Of a stretch of 64,000 nucleotides of DNA, positions 7,656-17,869 are shown piece after piece. Origin of the DNA: Clostridia bacterium (lineage in GTDB: Bacteria > Bacillota > Clostridia > TANB77 > CAG-508); the NCBI GenBank assembly GCA_900770385.1, contig CAAGKK010000037.1:6195-70194 (forward strand), read 5' to 3'. The notes under the pieces were generated by a model that ran no database searches, was not told where the DNA came from, and saw only the letters and a program-made list of their open reading frames with translations. How positions within the stretch are numbered: the stretch's first letter is position 1; every line of letters begins with the position of its first letter. The translations under genes and the position numbers were made by a program.

Positions 7656-9206
7656 ATGGAGGTAGATACAACTAGACAGAACTTAACAATTAATAAACTA
7701 GTTAGTACTAAGAAACAAACAGTTACAATTGAAGGAGATATAATAGTACCAGATGTTAAGCCTGATATACTAAATACAATAGATAGCGTAGGAAATGTAT
7801 GCGTATACAAAAAAGAAGTTTTAGATGGAAAAGTAAGAATAGATGGAGGAGTAAATGTTTATTTAATATATTTAGCAGATTCTCAAACAGATACTACAAG
7901 GGGGCTAAATACAACATTAGATTTTACACAAATAATGGACATGGAAGCTTGCAAATCAGATATGGATGTAATTAGTAATCTTGGCGTTAAAAATATAGAA
8001 TGTAAAGTACTAAATGGAAGAAAAGTAAATATAAAAGCAGAAGTAGAAATAGAAATGCAAATATATTCAAATGAAAATATAAAGATTTTAAAAGAAATTA
8101 ATAACATTAATGAAATTCAAACATTAAATTCAAAAATGAATGTAAATACTCTAATAGGAAAAGGTTCAACAAAAGCATTTGCAAAAGATACAATTTCGTA
8201 TGATAATTCAGATAATTTAATGGAGATTTTAAAAGCAGAAGTTAGAGTTGTTAATCAAGAAATAAAAACAAGTTATAATAAGGTATTATTAAAAGCGGAT
8301 GCAAATACTAAAATTATGTATTTAACAGAAGATGGCAGTATAAGAAAGACACAATTAAATATACCTATAATAGGATTTGTTGATGTTGCAGATGTTTCGG
8401 AAGATGATATTATAGATAGCAATTTTGAAATAAAAAATATAATTATTAAACCAAATTCAGCAGAACAACATTCTATTTATATAGAAATAGAAGTGGAAAT
8501 TGGCTGCAGAGTATATGGAACAAATAACTTTGAACTAATACAAGATATGTACTCTACAGAAGAAGAAATAAATTTTACAACAAGAAGAATTGAAACTGAA
8601 AGAAATAAGAAAAACAAAAAAGATATTTGTGCTATAAATGAAAAAGTAGTAATTCCAGAAATAGCTAATAATGAAATTTATGATGTAGAAATTAACCCTA
8701 TTATTAATAACATGAATATATTAAATGGAAGAATTATATATGAAGGAGAATTAAATTTAAACTTTTTATTCTCATCAAATGTAAGTTTGCAAATTGAAGC
8801 AAAAGACTATAAAATACCATTTAGTTTTGAAGTAAATGACGATTGTATAAATTCAAACAAAAATATAATTACTAAAACAGAATGTATAGGAGATAGTTTT
8901 AAAATAGTGGCAGAAGGGACTATAGAGTGTAATATAAAATTACAATTTAATATGGATATGTATGATACAGCTAAAATAAATATAATAGACGAAATTAAGG
9001 TAGCTGAAAACAGAAACAATCAACAAAACAGTATGACTATATATATAGTAAAATCAGGAGATTCATTATGGAATATAGCTAAAAAATATAGAACTACTAT
9101 AGAAAATATTATGAGACTTAATAATTTGGAGGAAGATAAAATTAATGTTGGAGAAAAACTATATATACAAAGGTATAATGTTAACATGATTCAACATACT
9201 GCATAA
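7656..9206 (+). CDS. SPOCS (DUF3794) repeat protein with a C-terminal LysM domain; SpoVID/SipL-like spore coat morphogenetic protein
   Basis: C-terminal LysM (YIVKSGDSLWNIAKKYRTTIENIMRLNNL...GEKLYIQ). Position next to yabG, as in clostridial sipL loci. Confidence 0.65.
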   Translation: MEVDTTRQNLTINKLVSTKKQTVTIEGDIIVPDVKPDILNTIDSVGNVCVYKKEVLDGKVRIDGGVNVYLIYLADSQTDTTRGLNTTLDFTQIMDMEACKSDMDVISNLGVKNIECKVLNGRKVNIKAEVEIEMQIYSNENIKILKEINNINEIQTLNSKMNVNTLIGKGSTKAFAKDTISYDNSDNLMEILKAEVRVVNQEIKTSYNKVLLKADANTKIMYLTEDGSIRKTQLNIPIIGFVDVADVSEDDIIDSNFEIKNIIIKPNSAEQHSIYIEIEVEIGCRVYGTNNFELIQDMYSTEEEINFTTRRIETERNKKNKKDICAINEKVVIPEIANNEIYDVEINPIINNMNILNGRIIYEGELNLNFLFSSNVSLQIEAKDYKIPFSFEVNDDCINSNKNIITKTECIGDSFKIVAEGTIECNIKLQFNMDMYDTAKINIIDEIKVAENRNNQQNSMTIYIVKSGDSLWNIAKKYRTTIENIMRLNNLEEDKINVGEKLYIQRYNVNMIQHTA

Positions 9207-9355
9207 AATAATACTAATAAGCTTATAAATTTAAAGCATATTACAATATAACAAAAGAGTAAGAGAATATCTTACTCTTTTGCTGATAATATTAGATTAA
9301 TATTTTTTATAAAAAAGTAATACAAAATAGGGGAGATTAAAATAAGAGGTGAAAA

Positions 9356-10069
9356 ATGGACTTATTATATTCTAGACCTAGATTAAAAATTCCTAGATTA
9401 TGTGTATTTAAAAGTAATAGAAAAAATAAAAATGAAAAGAAAATAGAAAAGTTAATATTTATATTAATTTTAATTGTTTTTAGTATGATATGTTTAATTA
9501 AAGCTGTTGAACCAATATTTAACGAATTGTGTAAAGATAAAGCTAAAAGTATTGCGACAATTATATGTAATAGTAAAACAACTGAATGTATGCAAGGTTA
9601 TAATTATTCAGACTTTATAATAATACATAAAGATGACAAAAACAATGTTGTAATGCTAGAATCCAACATGGTTAATATAAATTCAGTAACATCTGATATA
9701 GCACAAAAAATTCAAGAACAAATAAATAATACAGAAGATAGCAATATTTCAATTAGTTTAGGGAGTTTTACTGGAATTAGTTTGTTATCTGGAAAAGGTC
9801 CAAGGATACCAATTGAGATCTCAACTATAGGAAATATTTCAACTAATTTCAAAAGTGAATTTATAGAAAAGGGAATCAACCAAACTTTACATAGGCTATA
9901 TTTAGAAATTGAATGTGAAATAAGTATATTAACACCATTTAATACAATTAATGAAAAAATAAAGAATGAATTTTTAATTACAGAAAATATTATAGTAGGA
10001 AATATTCCAGATGCGTATTACAATATAAAAGGAGTAACAGCAAATGATGCTTTAGAAGTAGTAGAATAA
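9356..10069 (+). CDS. yunB: Sporulation protein YunB
   Basis: 237 aa, a single N-terminal TM, overall YunB-like sequence. Good RBS (aagaggtga). Confidence 0.6.
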   Translation: MDLLYSRPRLKIPRLCVFKSNRKNKNEKKIEKLIFILILIVFSMICLIKAVEPIFNELCKDKAKSIATIICNSKTTECMQGYNYSDFIIIHKDDKNNVVMLESNMVNINSVTSDIAQKIQEQINNTEDSNISISLGSFTGISLLSGKGPRIPIEISTIGNISTNFKSEFIEKGINQTLHRLYLEIECEISILTPFNTINEKIKNEFLITENIIVGNIPDAYYNIKGVTANDALEVVE

Positions 10070-10109
10070 GAAAAAAGCTGTCAATATTTTTAATATTGGC
10101 AGCTTAAAA

Positions 10110-10436
10110 TTATTGTTCTTTAATGATAACTTTTGCTATATCATAAATTAGTTTTAATTTATCTGGTGGACAATCTTTTAGCAAAATAGAAAATTCTTCA
10201 TTTAGATAGTGGTTAGATGTACTACCAGTTCCAGATAAAACATCTCCCTCGGAAATATCTAATAAATCGCATATTTGATTTAATCTATTTAAATTAATTT
10301 TAGAATTTCCTCTTTCAACTCTACTTAAAAAGGCAACAGAGATGTCAATTTTTTCAGCAAGTTGTTCTTGAGTATAGCCTTTTTCTATTCTTGCTTTTTT
10401 TAATCTTTCTCCAATAATAGAATAATCTAAAGACAT
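10110..10436 (-). CDS. XRE-family HTH transcriptional regulator
   Basis: N-terminal HTH: GERLKKARIEKGYTQEQLAEKIDISVAFLSRVERG. Confidence 0.8.
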   Translation of the reverse strand: MSLDYSIIGERLKKARIEKGYTQEQLAEKIDISVAFLSRVERGNSKINLNRLNQICDLLDISEGDVLSGTGSTSNHYLNEEFSILLKDCPPDKLKLIYDIAKVIIKEQ

Positions 10437-10560
10437 TTATATCACCCTTTCTTTTTTATAAAATATAGCATTACAAATTTATATTTTACAGAAAGCAATA
10501 GGTTAAATTATACTGTTGGTATAATTTAACCTATTTGTCTTAAATTATTCAATTTTGAAG

Positions 10561-11163
10561 TTAAAAAGTAAAACTTCTTAATAGGAAATCCCTAGTAAAT
10601 GGAACATATAATAATATACATAGTAGGATAAAAACAATAAAAATAGTTAATACAAAAGCTATTAAATTTTTTACCCAATGGTCTATTTTGTACTTTATAA
10701 TATCTATAATCGAAGGTTCATAATAAGTTCTATTTTGAGATGTAGTTCTATTTGTATTTTGAGGTGTATTTTTTATATTATTAACAGTAGAATTAGTATA
10801 TTGTGGAGTAGAATAAGTATTGTTATTCTGAGCCGAAGAATGATTATAATTAGTATTGTAATTATTCTTTAATTTAGAAATCTCAGAAGATAAAACCTGA
10901 TTATCTTTAACTAATTGATTATATTTGTTTATATCAATTATTGGTTCTGTTATATTTAATTGGTCATCATATTTTTTCTTTTTTTCAGAGTCAGATAAAG
11001 TTTCATAAGCTTCACTAATTTTTTTGAAGCGTTCTTCTGCAAGTTCTTTATTTTCTTTAGTAGAATCTGGATGATACTTTTTTGCAAGAGTTTTATAAGC
11101 CTTATTTATAACTTCAGAAGAAGCATGTCTACTAACCTCTAATTCTTCATAATAATTTTTCAT
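10561..11163 (-). CDS. J-domain (DnaJ-like) protein with a C-terminal membrane anchor
   Basis: [31 protein letters not shown]-domain with the HPD motif. N/T/Q-rich linker. C-terminal hydrophobic helix. Confidence 0.75.
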   Translation of the reverse strand: MKNYYEELEVSRHASSEVINKAYKTLAKKYHPDSTKENKELAEERFKKISEAYETLSDSEKKKKYDDQLNITEPIIDINKYNQLVKDNQVLSSEISKLKNNYNTNYNHSSAQNNNTYSTPQYTNSTVNNIKNTPQNTNRTTSQNRTYYEPSIIDIIKYKIDHWVKNLIAFVLTIFIVFILLCILLYVPFTRDFLLRSFTF

Positions 11164-11327
11164 AATTTACCTCTTAAAAAGTATAACAAATATATAATGT
11201 AAAGTAAACAGTTTTGTAATACTATAAAAAATATTTTTTAATAATCAAAGATAAGTCTTGCAAAAATAAAAAACTATGATAAAATAAGAGAAAAAATGTT
11301 CGAGTTTTAAATATTGAGAGGTAAAAA

Positions 11328-11930
11328 ATGATAGCATATCTTAATGGAATATTAGAATTGAAATTTAATGGATACATTATAATAGATGTTATGGGAGTTG
11401 GATATAAAGTTTTTATGTCAGAAACTTCAATAAACAAATTAGGAGAAATAGGAGACAAAGTAAAAGTATACACACACTATCATGTAAGAGAAGATGAGAT
11501 TAGCCTTTATGGATTCTTAAATATAGAAGAATTAAACATGTTTGAATTATTAATATCTGTAAGTGGTGTTGGAGCAAAATCTGCATTAAATACTTTAGCA
11601 TATATAGAACCATCAACATTTGCGTTAGCAGTTGTATCAAATGATACGAGTAAACTAGTAAAAATTCCTGGAATTGGAGCAAAAACTGCAGCAAGAATAG
11701 TATTAGAACTAAAAGATAAACTAAAAAATCAGGATATAGTTAAAAATAAAGTAGATAAAATTGAAAGTAATATAGAAAATAAAGAAAATATAGAAGAGGC
11801 AATAACTGCACTTCAAGTATTAGGATATAATAGAAAAGAAATAGAAAAAATATTTGAAAAAATAGAAGATACTAATATTTCACTTGAAGAGTTAATAAAA
11901 AAAGGATTAAAATACTTATCAACAAGATAA
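11328..11930 (+). CDS. ruvA: Holliday junction branch-migration complex subunit RuvA
   Basis: MIAYLNG..., GVGYKVF, LISVSGVGAKSALNTL and IPGIGAKTAARI HhH motifs. Confidence 0.9.
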   Translation: MIAYLNGILELKFNGYIIIDVMGVGYKVFMSETSINKLGEIGDKVKVYTHYHVREDEISLYGFLNIEELNMFELLISVSGVGAKSALNTLAYIEPSTFALAVVSNDTSKLVKIPGIGAKTAARIVLELKDKLKNQDIVKNKVDKIESNIENKENIEEAITALQVLGYNRKEIEKIFEKIEDTNISLEELIKKGLKYLSTR

Positions 11931-11955
11931 ATTACAATTAGAATAGGAGAAATTT

Positions 11956-13200
11956 ATGGAAGATAATAAACCATTAGCATATAGAATGCGTCCTAGAACA
12001 CTAGAAGAATATGTTGGACAAGAACATATATTAGGAAAAGATAAAATATTATATAGAACAATAAAAGCCGATAGATTATCAAGTATAATATTATTTGGAC
12101 CTCCAGGCTGTGGTAAAACTTCGCTTGCAAAGGTTATAAGCGAAACTACAAAATATAAATTTGAAAAAATAAATGCAGTTACCTCAGGAGTTTCAGATAT
12201 AAAAAAGATAATAGAAGATGCAAAAAATGTGTTTTTAAATCCAACAGGAAAATGTATATTATTTATAGATGAAATTCATAGATTTAATAAATTACAACAA
12301 GATGCATTACTTCCAGCAGTTGAAGATGGTACTATTATTTTGATTGGAGCAACAACAGAAAATCCGTATTTTTCTGTAAACAAAGCTCTAATTTCTAGAT
12401 CAATGGTATTTAAACTAGAACCTTTAAATGAAAATGATATTTTAAAAGTTTTAAAGATGGCGCTTGAAAGAAAAGACGGATTAGGAGAGTACAATATAAA
12501 TATAAGTGATAATACTTTAAAAAATATTGCAAAGATTTCAGGAGGAGATGTAAGAACAGCATTAAATGGATTAGAAATAGCAGTGCTTACAACTTCAATG
12601 GATAAAGATGGAATAATTAATATAACAGACCAAATTGCAGCAGATAGTATGCAAAAAAAGAAAACTTTTTTTGACAAATCAGGAGATAGTCATTATGATA
12701 ATATAAGTGCATTTATAAAATCTATGAGAGGAAGCAATCCAGATGCAGCTATTTTTTATTTAGCGAGAGCATTAAATGCTGGTGAAGATCCTATGTTTTT
12801 AGCTAGAAGAATTGTAATTGCTGCATCAGAAGATGTAGGAATGGCAAATCCAAATGCATTAGTAGTTGCTACTTCTGCAATGCAAGCTGTTCATCAAATT
12901 GGAATGCCAGAAGCCAGGATAATACTTGCTGAAGCTACAATATATGTTGCAACATCTAAAAAATCAAATGCTTCATATTTAGCTATAAATAAAGCAATTG
13001 AAGATGTTAGTACAAAAGATACAGGAGAAATACCAATGCATATTAGAAATGCACCTGCAGAAGGAATGAAGGATTTAGGATATTCTAATGGATATAAATA
13101 TCCACATGATTATCCAGGACATGTTGTAGAACAGCAATATTTACCAGATAAAATGCTTGGAACAAAATATTATTTAAAAGATGAAAATATCAAAAATTAA
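11956..13200 (+). CDS. rarA: Replication-associated recombination protein A (RarA/MgsA AAA+ ATPase)
   Basis: Walker A GPPGCGKTSLA, FIDEIHRFNK, and the MgsA C-domain ISAFIKSMRGSNPDAAIFYLARALNAGEDPMFLARR. Confidence 0.9.
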   Translation: MEDNKPLAYRMRPRTLEEYVGQEHILGKDKILYRTIKADRLSSIILFGPPGCGKTSLAKVISETTKYKFEKINAVTSGVSDIKKIIEDAKNVFLNPTGKCILFIDEIHRFNKLQQDALLPAVEDGTIILIGATTENPYFSVNKALISRSMVFKLEPLNENDILKVLKMALERKDGLGEYNINISDNTLKNIAKISGGDVRTALNGLEIAVLTTSMDKDGIINITDQIAADSMQKKKTFFDKSGDSHYDNISAFIKSMRGSNPDAAIFYLARALNAGEDPMFLARRIVIAASEDVGMANPNALVVATSAMQAVHQIGMPEARIILAEATIYVATSKKSNASYLAINKAIEDVSTKDTGEIPMHIRNAPAEGMKDLGYSNGYKYPHDYPGHVVEQQYLPDKMLGTKYYLKDENIKN

Positions 13201-13221
13201 TAATAAATTGAATATTTTAAC

Positions 13222-13261
13222 AAAAATCTCTTAAACTATAAATATGTTAAGAGATTTTTTT
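13222..13261 (+). terminator. rarA terminator
   Basis: aaaaatctcttaa / ttaagagattttt stem followed by a T-run. The ATG at 13244 lies in the loop. Confidence 0.6.
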
Positions 13262-13606
13262 GATATAAAAAGAGTTTTAATTGGAATATTTTCTGGTATT
13301 GTGAGCGGACTATTTGCAACAGGTGGAGGAATGATATTAGTTCCAGCTTATATATATATGCTAAATATGAGCGAAGTGGAATCAAGAGCCACTTCCGTAC
13401 TATGTATATTACCAATGGTGGTTACTAGTGGATTTTTTTATTACAAAAATAATTATATTGATTGGAAAATAGGCTTGTTTTGTGCAATAGGTGGAATATT
13501 AGGAGGATTGGTTGGAGCAAAGTTACTAAATAAGCTGCCCGTAAAATATTTAAAAATTGCATTTATCATCTTTTTAATATATGCATCATATAGAATGATT
13601 GTATAG
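13244..13606 (+). CDS. TauE/SafE (TSUP) family half-size membrane protein, N-terminal-type half
   Basis: SGLFATGGGMILVP motif. About 4 TM segments. 120 aa. No convincing RBS. Confidence 0.55.
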   Translation: MLRDFFDIKRVLIGIFSGIVSGLFATGGGMILVPAYIYMLNMSEVESRATSVLCILPMVVTSGFFYYKNNYIDWKIGLFCAIGGILGGLVGAKLLNKLPVKYLKIAFIIFLIYASYRMIV

Positions 13607-13634
13607 TGCAGAAACAGAAAGGGGATTGATTATA

Positions 13635-14018
13635 ATGTTAGAAACATTGATTGGTTTTATTTCTGGAATTGTAAGTGGAACAGGAATGGGTGGAGGAACA
13701 ATTTTAATTCTTTGTTTATCTTTATTTATGGGAATAGACCAAAAAGTAGCCCAAGCCACTAATCTAGTTTTCTTTATTCCAACTTCAATTGCAGCTATAT
13801 ATATTAATATAAAAGAAAAAAAGATTGAATGGAAAACCGCTAAAGTGATAATCATGTGGGGAATAATAGGAGCAGTAACAGGAGCATTAATAGCTTTAAA
13901 AGTTAATGTAAAATTTTTGAAAAAATTATTTGGCATTTTTTTAGCTGTTATTGCAATACATGAAGTATATATTTTAATAAAAGAGTATAAAAAAGATAAA
14001 AAAAATAATAATAAATAA
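13635..14018 (+). CDS. TauE/SafE (TSUP) family half-size membrane protein, second half
   Basis: SGIVSGTGMGGGTILI motif. About 4 TM segments. RBS aaagggga lies upstream of the ATG at 13635 (the ORF track extends to 13599). Confidence 0.6.
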   Translation: MLETLIGFISGIVSGTGMGGGTILILCLSLFMGIDQKVAQATNLVFFIPTSIAAIYINIKEKKIEWKTAKVIIMWGIIGAVTGALIALKVNVKFLKKLFGIFLAVIAIHEVYILIKEYKKDKKNNNK

Positions 14019-14047
14019 TAAGATTAAAAACTAAAGGAGGAACAGAT

Positions 14048-14185
14048 ATGAAATTTGCAAAAGGTATGATACTAGGAGGAATGATTGCAGCAGGTGTTAT
14101 GATGGTATATGCAGATAATAATATGAATACTAAAAAAATAATGAAAAAGGGAAAACAATTAGCAAGAAAGATGGGAATAATGTAG
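14048..14185 (+). CDS. Small (45 aa) membrane protein
   Basis: Strong RBS aaaggagg 7 nt upstream. One hydrophobic helix plus a basic tail. Below the ORF-track size cutoff. Confidence 0.45.
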   Translation: MKFAKGMILGGMIAAGVMMVYADNNMNTKKIMKKGKQLARKMGIM

Positions 14186-14225
14186 TCCCATCTTTACTTT
14201 TGTATAATAAAACTTTTGCTGAGTC

Positions 14226-14666
14226 TTATTTAATGCAAGGTTTGTTATCAAATTTGCAATCATCTTTTTTGTCACCAATAAAGCAATCACATTCTTTCAT
14301 ATCTACACCTTTTAAGCATTTGCCTTCGCGATGACATTTAGAGCAAACTTTTACATGTTTTACTTTATTTACCCATATTTGAACTTCATATTTTCTGTCA
14401 GGACAAAGTGGACCAAATACAAATTCACCATCACAATCTGTAAAAGTATGAGAAACTGGTTTTCTTTCAGGTTTGCCACAGCTAAAATCAACTTCTATTA
14501 ATTTTACTACTGCATCTTTTATAGGTTCTTTGTGACAGTCTTTTACAACACCATATAAAACACTTCTGTCATCTTCAGGTAATACAATGTCTAAATCATA
14601 TTGTTTTCCAGTAGCAATATGACCATCAACATCTACAATTGAACAACATTTATTTTCAAAATCCAT
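14226..14666 (-). CDS. Cys-rich protein with a carboxypeptidase-regulatory-like (prealbumin fold) domain
   Basis: GVVKDCHKEPIKDAVVKL...TFTDCDGEFVFGPLCPDRKYEVQIW pattern. 17 Cys in 146 aa. Confidence 0.45.
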   Translation of the reverse strand: MDFENKCCSIVDVDGHIATGKQYDLDIVLPEDDRSVLYGVVKDCHKEPIKDAVVKLIEVDFSCGKPERKPVSHTFTDCDGEFVFGPLCPDRKYEVQIWVNKVKHVKVCSKCHREGKCLKGVDMKECDCFIGDKKDDCKFDNKPCIK

Positions 14667-14860
14667 TAAAATACATATCCTTTCATATTTTTTATATAAG
14701 CATAAAAGCTTTTGCTATATTATATGAAAAATAAGAAATAGTGTTACATTATAGAAGAAAATGTTATTTTAAAAAAATAAAACTATATAATTGACCCAAA
14801 AAATAATTACTGATATAATAAACATGCTAAATAAAACTAAAGAAGGAAGGAAAAACATAC

Positions 14861-16663
14861 ATGCAAATCCTTAAAAAAAATAATGAAAATGGAGTAACAT
14901 TAATAGTATTAATAATTACAATTATTATATTATTAATACTATCTTCTGTAAGTATAAAAATAGTAAAAGATAATGGAATAATCTTCCATACTAAAAATGC
15001 ACTAAAAGATTATTCAGAAACAGAATTTGAAGACCAAATAGGAGTAATCTTTGCTTTATATTTACAAACAGATTATTCAGGTCAAATAGTTAATTATAAA
15101 GAAGTGGTAAATGATATATTAGATATATTTAATTATCCAAATATAAATGAAGAAACAGGAGAATTAAAAGACCCTAATAAGGCGACAACAGATAAATACA
15201 CTATAACTGCAAGTAACGGATTAGTAGAAGTTGTAGATAAAAACAATCAATCATTATTAAAAATAAAATATGATGAGACAGGTAGAAGCATAAAAATATA
15301 TTATAATGGTAAAAAATGGGTATATGAAAACTTTACATTAAAGAGCAAAACAGATATATATGTAGAATATACAGGAGAAGAAACGACATCTGATACAGAT
15401 GAATATATTACAGGCTTATGGAAATATAAAAAGAATGAAAATGGAACATTAACTATAATAGCTTATTTAGGAACAACAGAAGAAGAACTAAAAGATGTAA
15501 CAGTACCAAATAAAATAAATGGACAAATAGTAGAATATTTTGATGGCTTTGGAAAAAATTTAACAGGAACATTAACAATATCAAATGGACTAAAAACAAT
15601 TGAAAATTATGGAGGTAACCAAAAGCTAGCTAATATAAAGTTGAACAAATTAGTAATAGGAGAAGAATGTGTATTACAAAGTGGGTATTTTTTCACAAAA
15701 GCAACAATAGGTACAATAGAAATAGAAGATAATGTAATAATGAATGGAGATGCCATATTTGGAATGGCAAGTGTAAATGATATAATAATTAGAAATAATT
15801 TAGAAATAAAATCGGGAGGAGGAAATGGTTTCTGTTTTGCAACAATAAAAAATAATTTAACAGTTGGAGATAATTGTAAATTTATTAATAATTCACAAGG
15901 ATTAAATGTTGGAGGAAAATTTATTATAGGTAACAATTGTAATATAAATATTGGACAAACAACTGCTCAGGAAATTTCTATTGGAAAGAACTGTACAATT
16001 ACACAATTAAAAACATGTCCAAATTTAACAAAATTATCAATAGGCAAAGAAACTATTGCAAATGGATCAGTATTTAATAATACACAATTAAGTAATGAAG
16101 ATGTAACAAAAGCATTAAAAGTTCTTAATACAATAAAAGGACAATCTTTTACAAATAACTCAGTAATAACAGAAGTTGAAATCGCAGAAAATAGTAATAT
16201 TAATGCAGCTATGTTCCAAAAATGTGCCAATTTAAAAAAACTTATAATAAATAATAATACTACAATCCAAAGTAATGCATCATTTAAATCATTAGCAATA
16301 GAAGAATTAATAATAAAAAATAATGTTATATTTTCTCCTTGCTATAATATGTTTCAAGGATGTTCAAAATTAAATAAAGTAACGATAGGTGAAAACAGTT
16401 CTTTAACTAATGACTTTTTTAATTCATGCCCTATTGTAGATTTAGAAATAGGAAAAGGTACAGTAGGTACAAATACAACATTTTTAAATTGCACAAAAAT
16501 AGAAAATATAAAATGGTACTTAACAGATGAACAAATAAGTCAGTGTAAAGAAGGAAAAGTTGATACAGTAATATCAGCGGCTAAAATGTTTAGTAGAATT
16601 TTAGGATATAACACATATACAAAAGAGTTTAGCTTTAATAAAATAATATTTACAAAACAATAA
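14861..16663 (+). CDS. Surface protein: pilin-like N-terminal hydrophobic segment + BspA-type leucine-rich repeats
   Basis: NENGVTLIVLIITIIILLILSSV N-terminus. The C-terminal half consists of repeated I/L-x-I-x-N-type LRR units. Confidence 0.55.
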   Translation: MQILKKNNENGVTLIVLIITIIILLILSSVSIKIVKDNGIIFHTKNALKDYSETEFEDQIGVIFALYLQTDYSGQIVNYKEVVNDILDIFNYPNINEETGELKDPNKATTDKYTITASNGLVEVVDKNNQSLLKIKYDETGRSIKIYYNGKKWVYENFTLKSKTDIYVEYTGEETTSDTDEYITGLWKYKKNENGTLTIIAYLGTTEEELKDVTVPNKINGQIVEYFDGFGKNLTGTLTISNGLKTIENYGGNQKLANIKLNKLVIGEECVLQSGYFFTKATIGTIEIEDNVIMNGDAIFGMASVNDIIIRNNLEIKSGGGNGFCFATIKNNLTVGDNCKFINNSQGLNVGGKFIIGNNCNINIGQTTAQEISIGKNCTITQLKTCPNLTKLSIGKETIANGSVFNNTQLSNEDVTKALKVLNTIKGQSFTNNSVITEVEIAENSNINAAMFQKCANLKKLIINNNTTIQSNASFKSLAIEELIIKNNVIFSPCYNMFQGCSKLNKVTIGENSSLTNDFFNSCPIVDLEIGKGTVGTNTTFLNCTKIENIKWYLTDEQISQCKEGKVDTVISAAKMFSRILGYNTYTKEFSFNKIIFTKQ

Positions 16664-16795
16664 AATATACAGTAGAGGATGGTTTAGGTAAAAACATCCT
16701 CTATTTTTATATATAATATTGTTAATTAATGTTGAAAAAAGAGCATAAATATGATATAACTTAAAACAAATTAAATTAGAAAAGGAAAATGAAAA

Positions 16796-16951
16796 ATGCA
16801 AAAAAATAAAGATAAAAAAGAAGAAAAAATCAATAAAAAAAAGGCAGATAAAATGGCAGTTGCTACTAAAATTATTGCTGGTATATTAGTATTATTAATG
16901 TTACTAAGTATAGCAGGAAGTTTCATATATTATCTTTTAAAAATAATTTAA
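16796..16951 (+). CDS. Small (51 aa) Lys-rich membrane protein upstream of cdaA
   Basis: ATG ORF with one TM (VATKIIAGILVLLMLLSIAGSFIYYLL). Below the ORF-track cutoff. Confidence 0.35.
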   Translation: MQKNKDKKEEKINKKKADKMAVATKIIAGILVLLMLLSIAGSFIYYLLKII

Positions 16952-16964
16952 GGAGAATAAAAAA

Positions 16965-17867
16965 ATGAGTGAAAGTCCATTTATAAAAGTAGAAAATTTT
17001 TGGAAGGGTGTAACCTTAAGCTTAAATAATCCATGGAGTATTATTACACTAATTATAGATATAATAATTGTTATATTTTTAATAGTTAAAGTTGTAAAAA
17101 TATTAAAAGGTTCAAGAGCAATGCAATTAATAAAAGGTATTTTATTTTTGATAATCATAACTTGGCTAAGTGGTATATTTAACTTTCAAATTTTAAACTA
17201 CATATTAACTACTATAATGACATATGGTGTTATTTTATTAATTGTATTATTTCAACCAGAATTAAGAAGAGCTTTAGAGCAATTAGGTTCATCTAATAAA
17301 TGGACTAAGTACTTTGGACTAGAAAAAGATATTATTTCTAAAACTAAAGAAGGAATTTATAAAATTGTTTTAGCTGTTGTAGAACTATCTAAAAATAAAA
17401 CAGGAGCTTTAATAGTAATTGAAAGAGATATAAAATTAAAGGAAATAATATCAACAGGTGTAACTTTAAATGCTGAAATTTCACCACAATTATTAGTAAA
17501 TATATTTACTCCAAATACACCATTACACGATGGAGCAGTTGCAATTAAAGATAATAAAATAGCAGCGGCAGCTTGTATGCTTCCTTTGGCAAATGATGAA
17601 GATATAGCAAGAGAATTAGGAACAAGACACAGAGCAGCAATTGGTATGAGCAAAGAGTCAGATGCAATTATAATAGTAGTATCAGAAGAAACGGGAAGAA
17701 TATCAATAGCAAAAGAAGGAACATTAATAGCAGATCTAAAAGAAGAAGCTATTAAAAAGATACTAATTAGTAATATTATTACCAAAAGATTTAAAGAAGA
17801 AGATAAAACAACAATATTAGATAGAATAAAAAATATAAAGAATATAAGAAAGAAAAAAGCAGAATAA
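16965..17867 (+). CDS. cdaA: Diadenylate cyclase CdaA (DisA_N/DAC domain, 3 N-terminal TM)
   Basis: TPLHDGAVAIKDNKIAAAACMLPL and RELGTRHRAAIGMSKESDAIIIVVSEETGRISIA. Confidence 0.9.
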   Translation: MSESPFIKVENFWKGVTLSLNNPWSIITLIIDIIIVIFLIVKVVKILKGSRAMQLIKGILFLIIITWLSGIFNFQILNYILTTIMTYGVILLIVLFQPELRRALEQLGSSNKWTKYFGLEKDIISKTKEGIYKIVLAVVELSKNKTGALIVIERDIKLKEIISTGVTLNAEISPQLLVNIFTPNTPLHDGAVAIKDNKIAAAACMLPLANDEDIARELGTRHRAAIGMSKESDAIIIVVSEETGRISIAKEGTLIADLKEEAIKKILISNIITKRFKEEDKTTILDRIKNIKNIRKKKAE

Positions 17868-17869
17868 AA

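Noticed and set aside
11290-11327. LexA/SOS box upstream of ruvA.
   Set aside because: Only a half-site-like gttcg is present. There is no CGAAC-N4-GTTCG palindrome.
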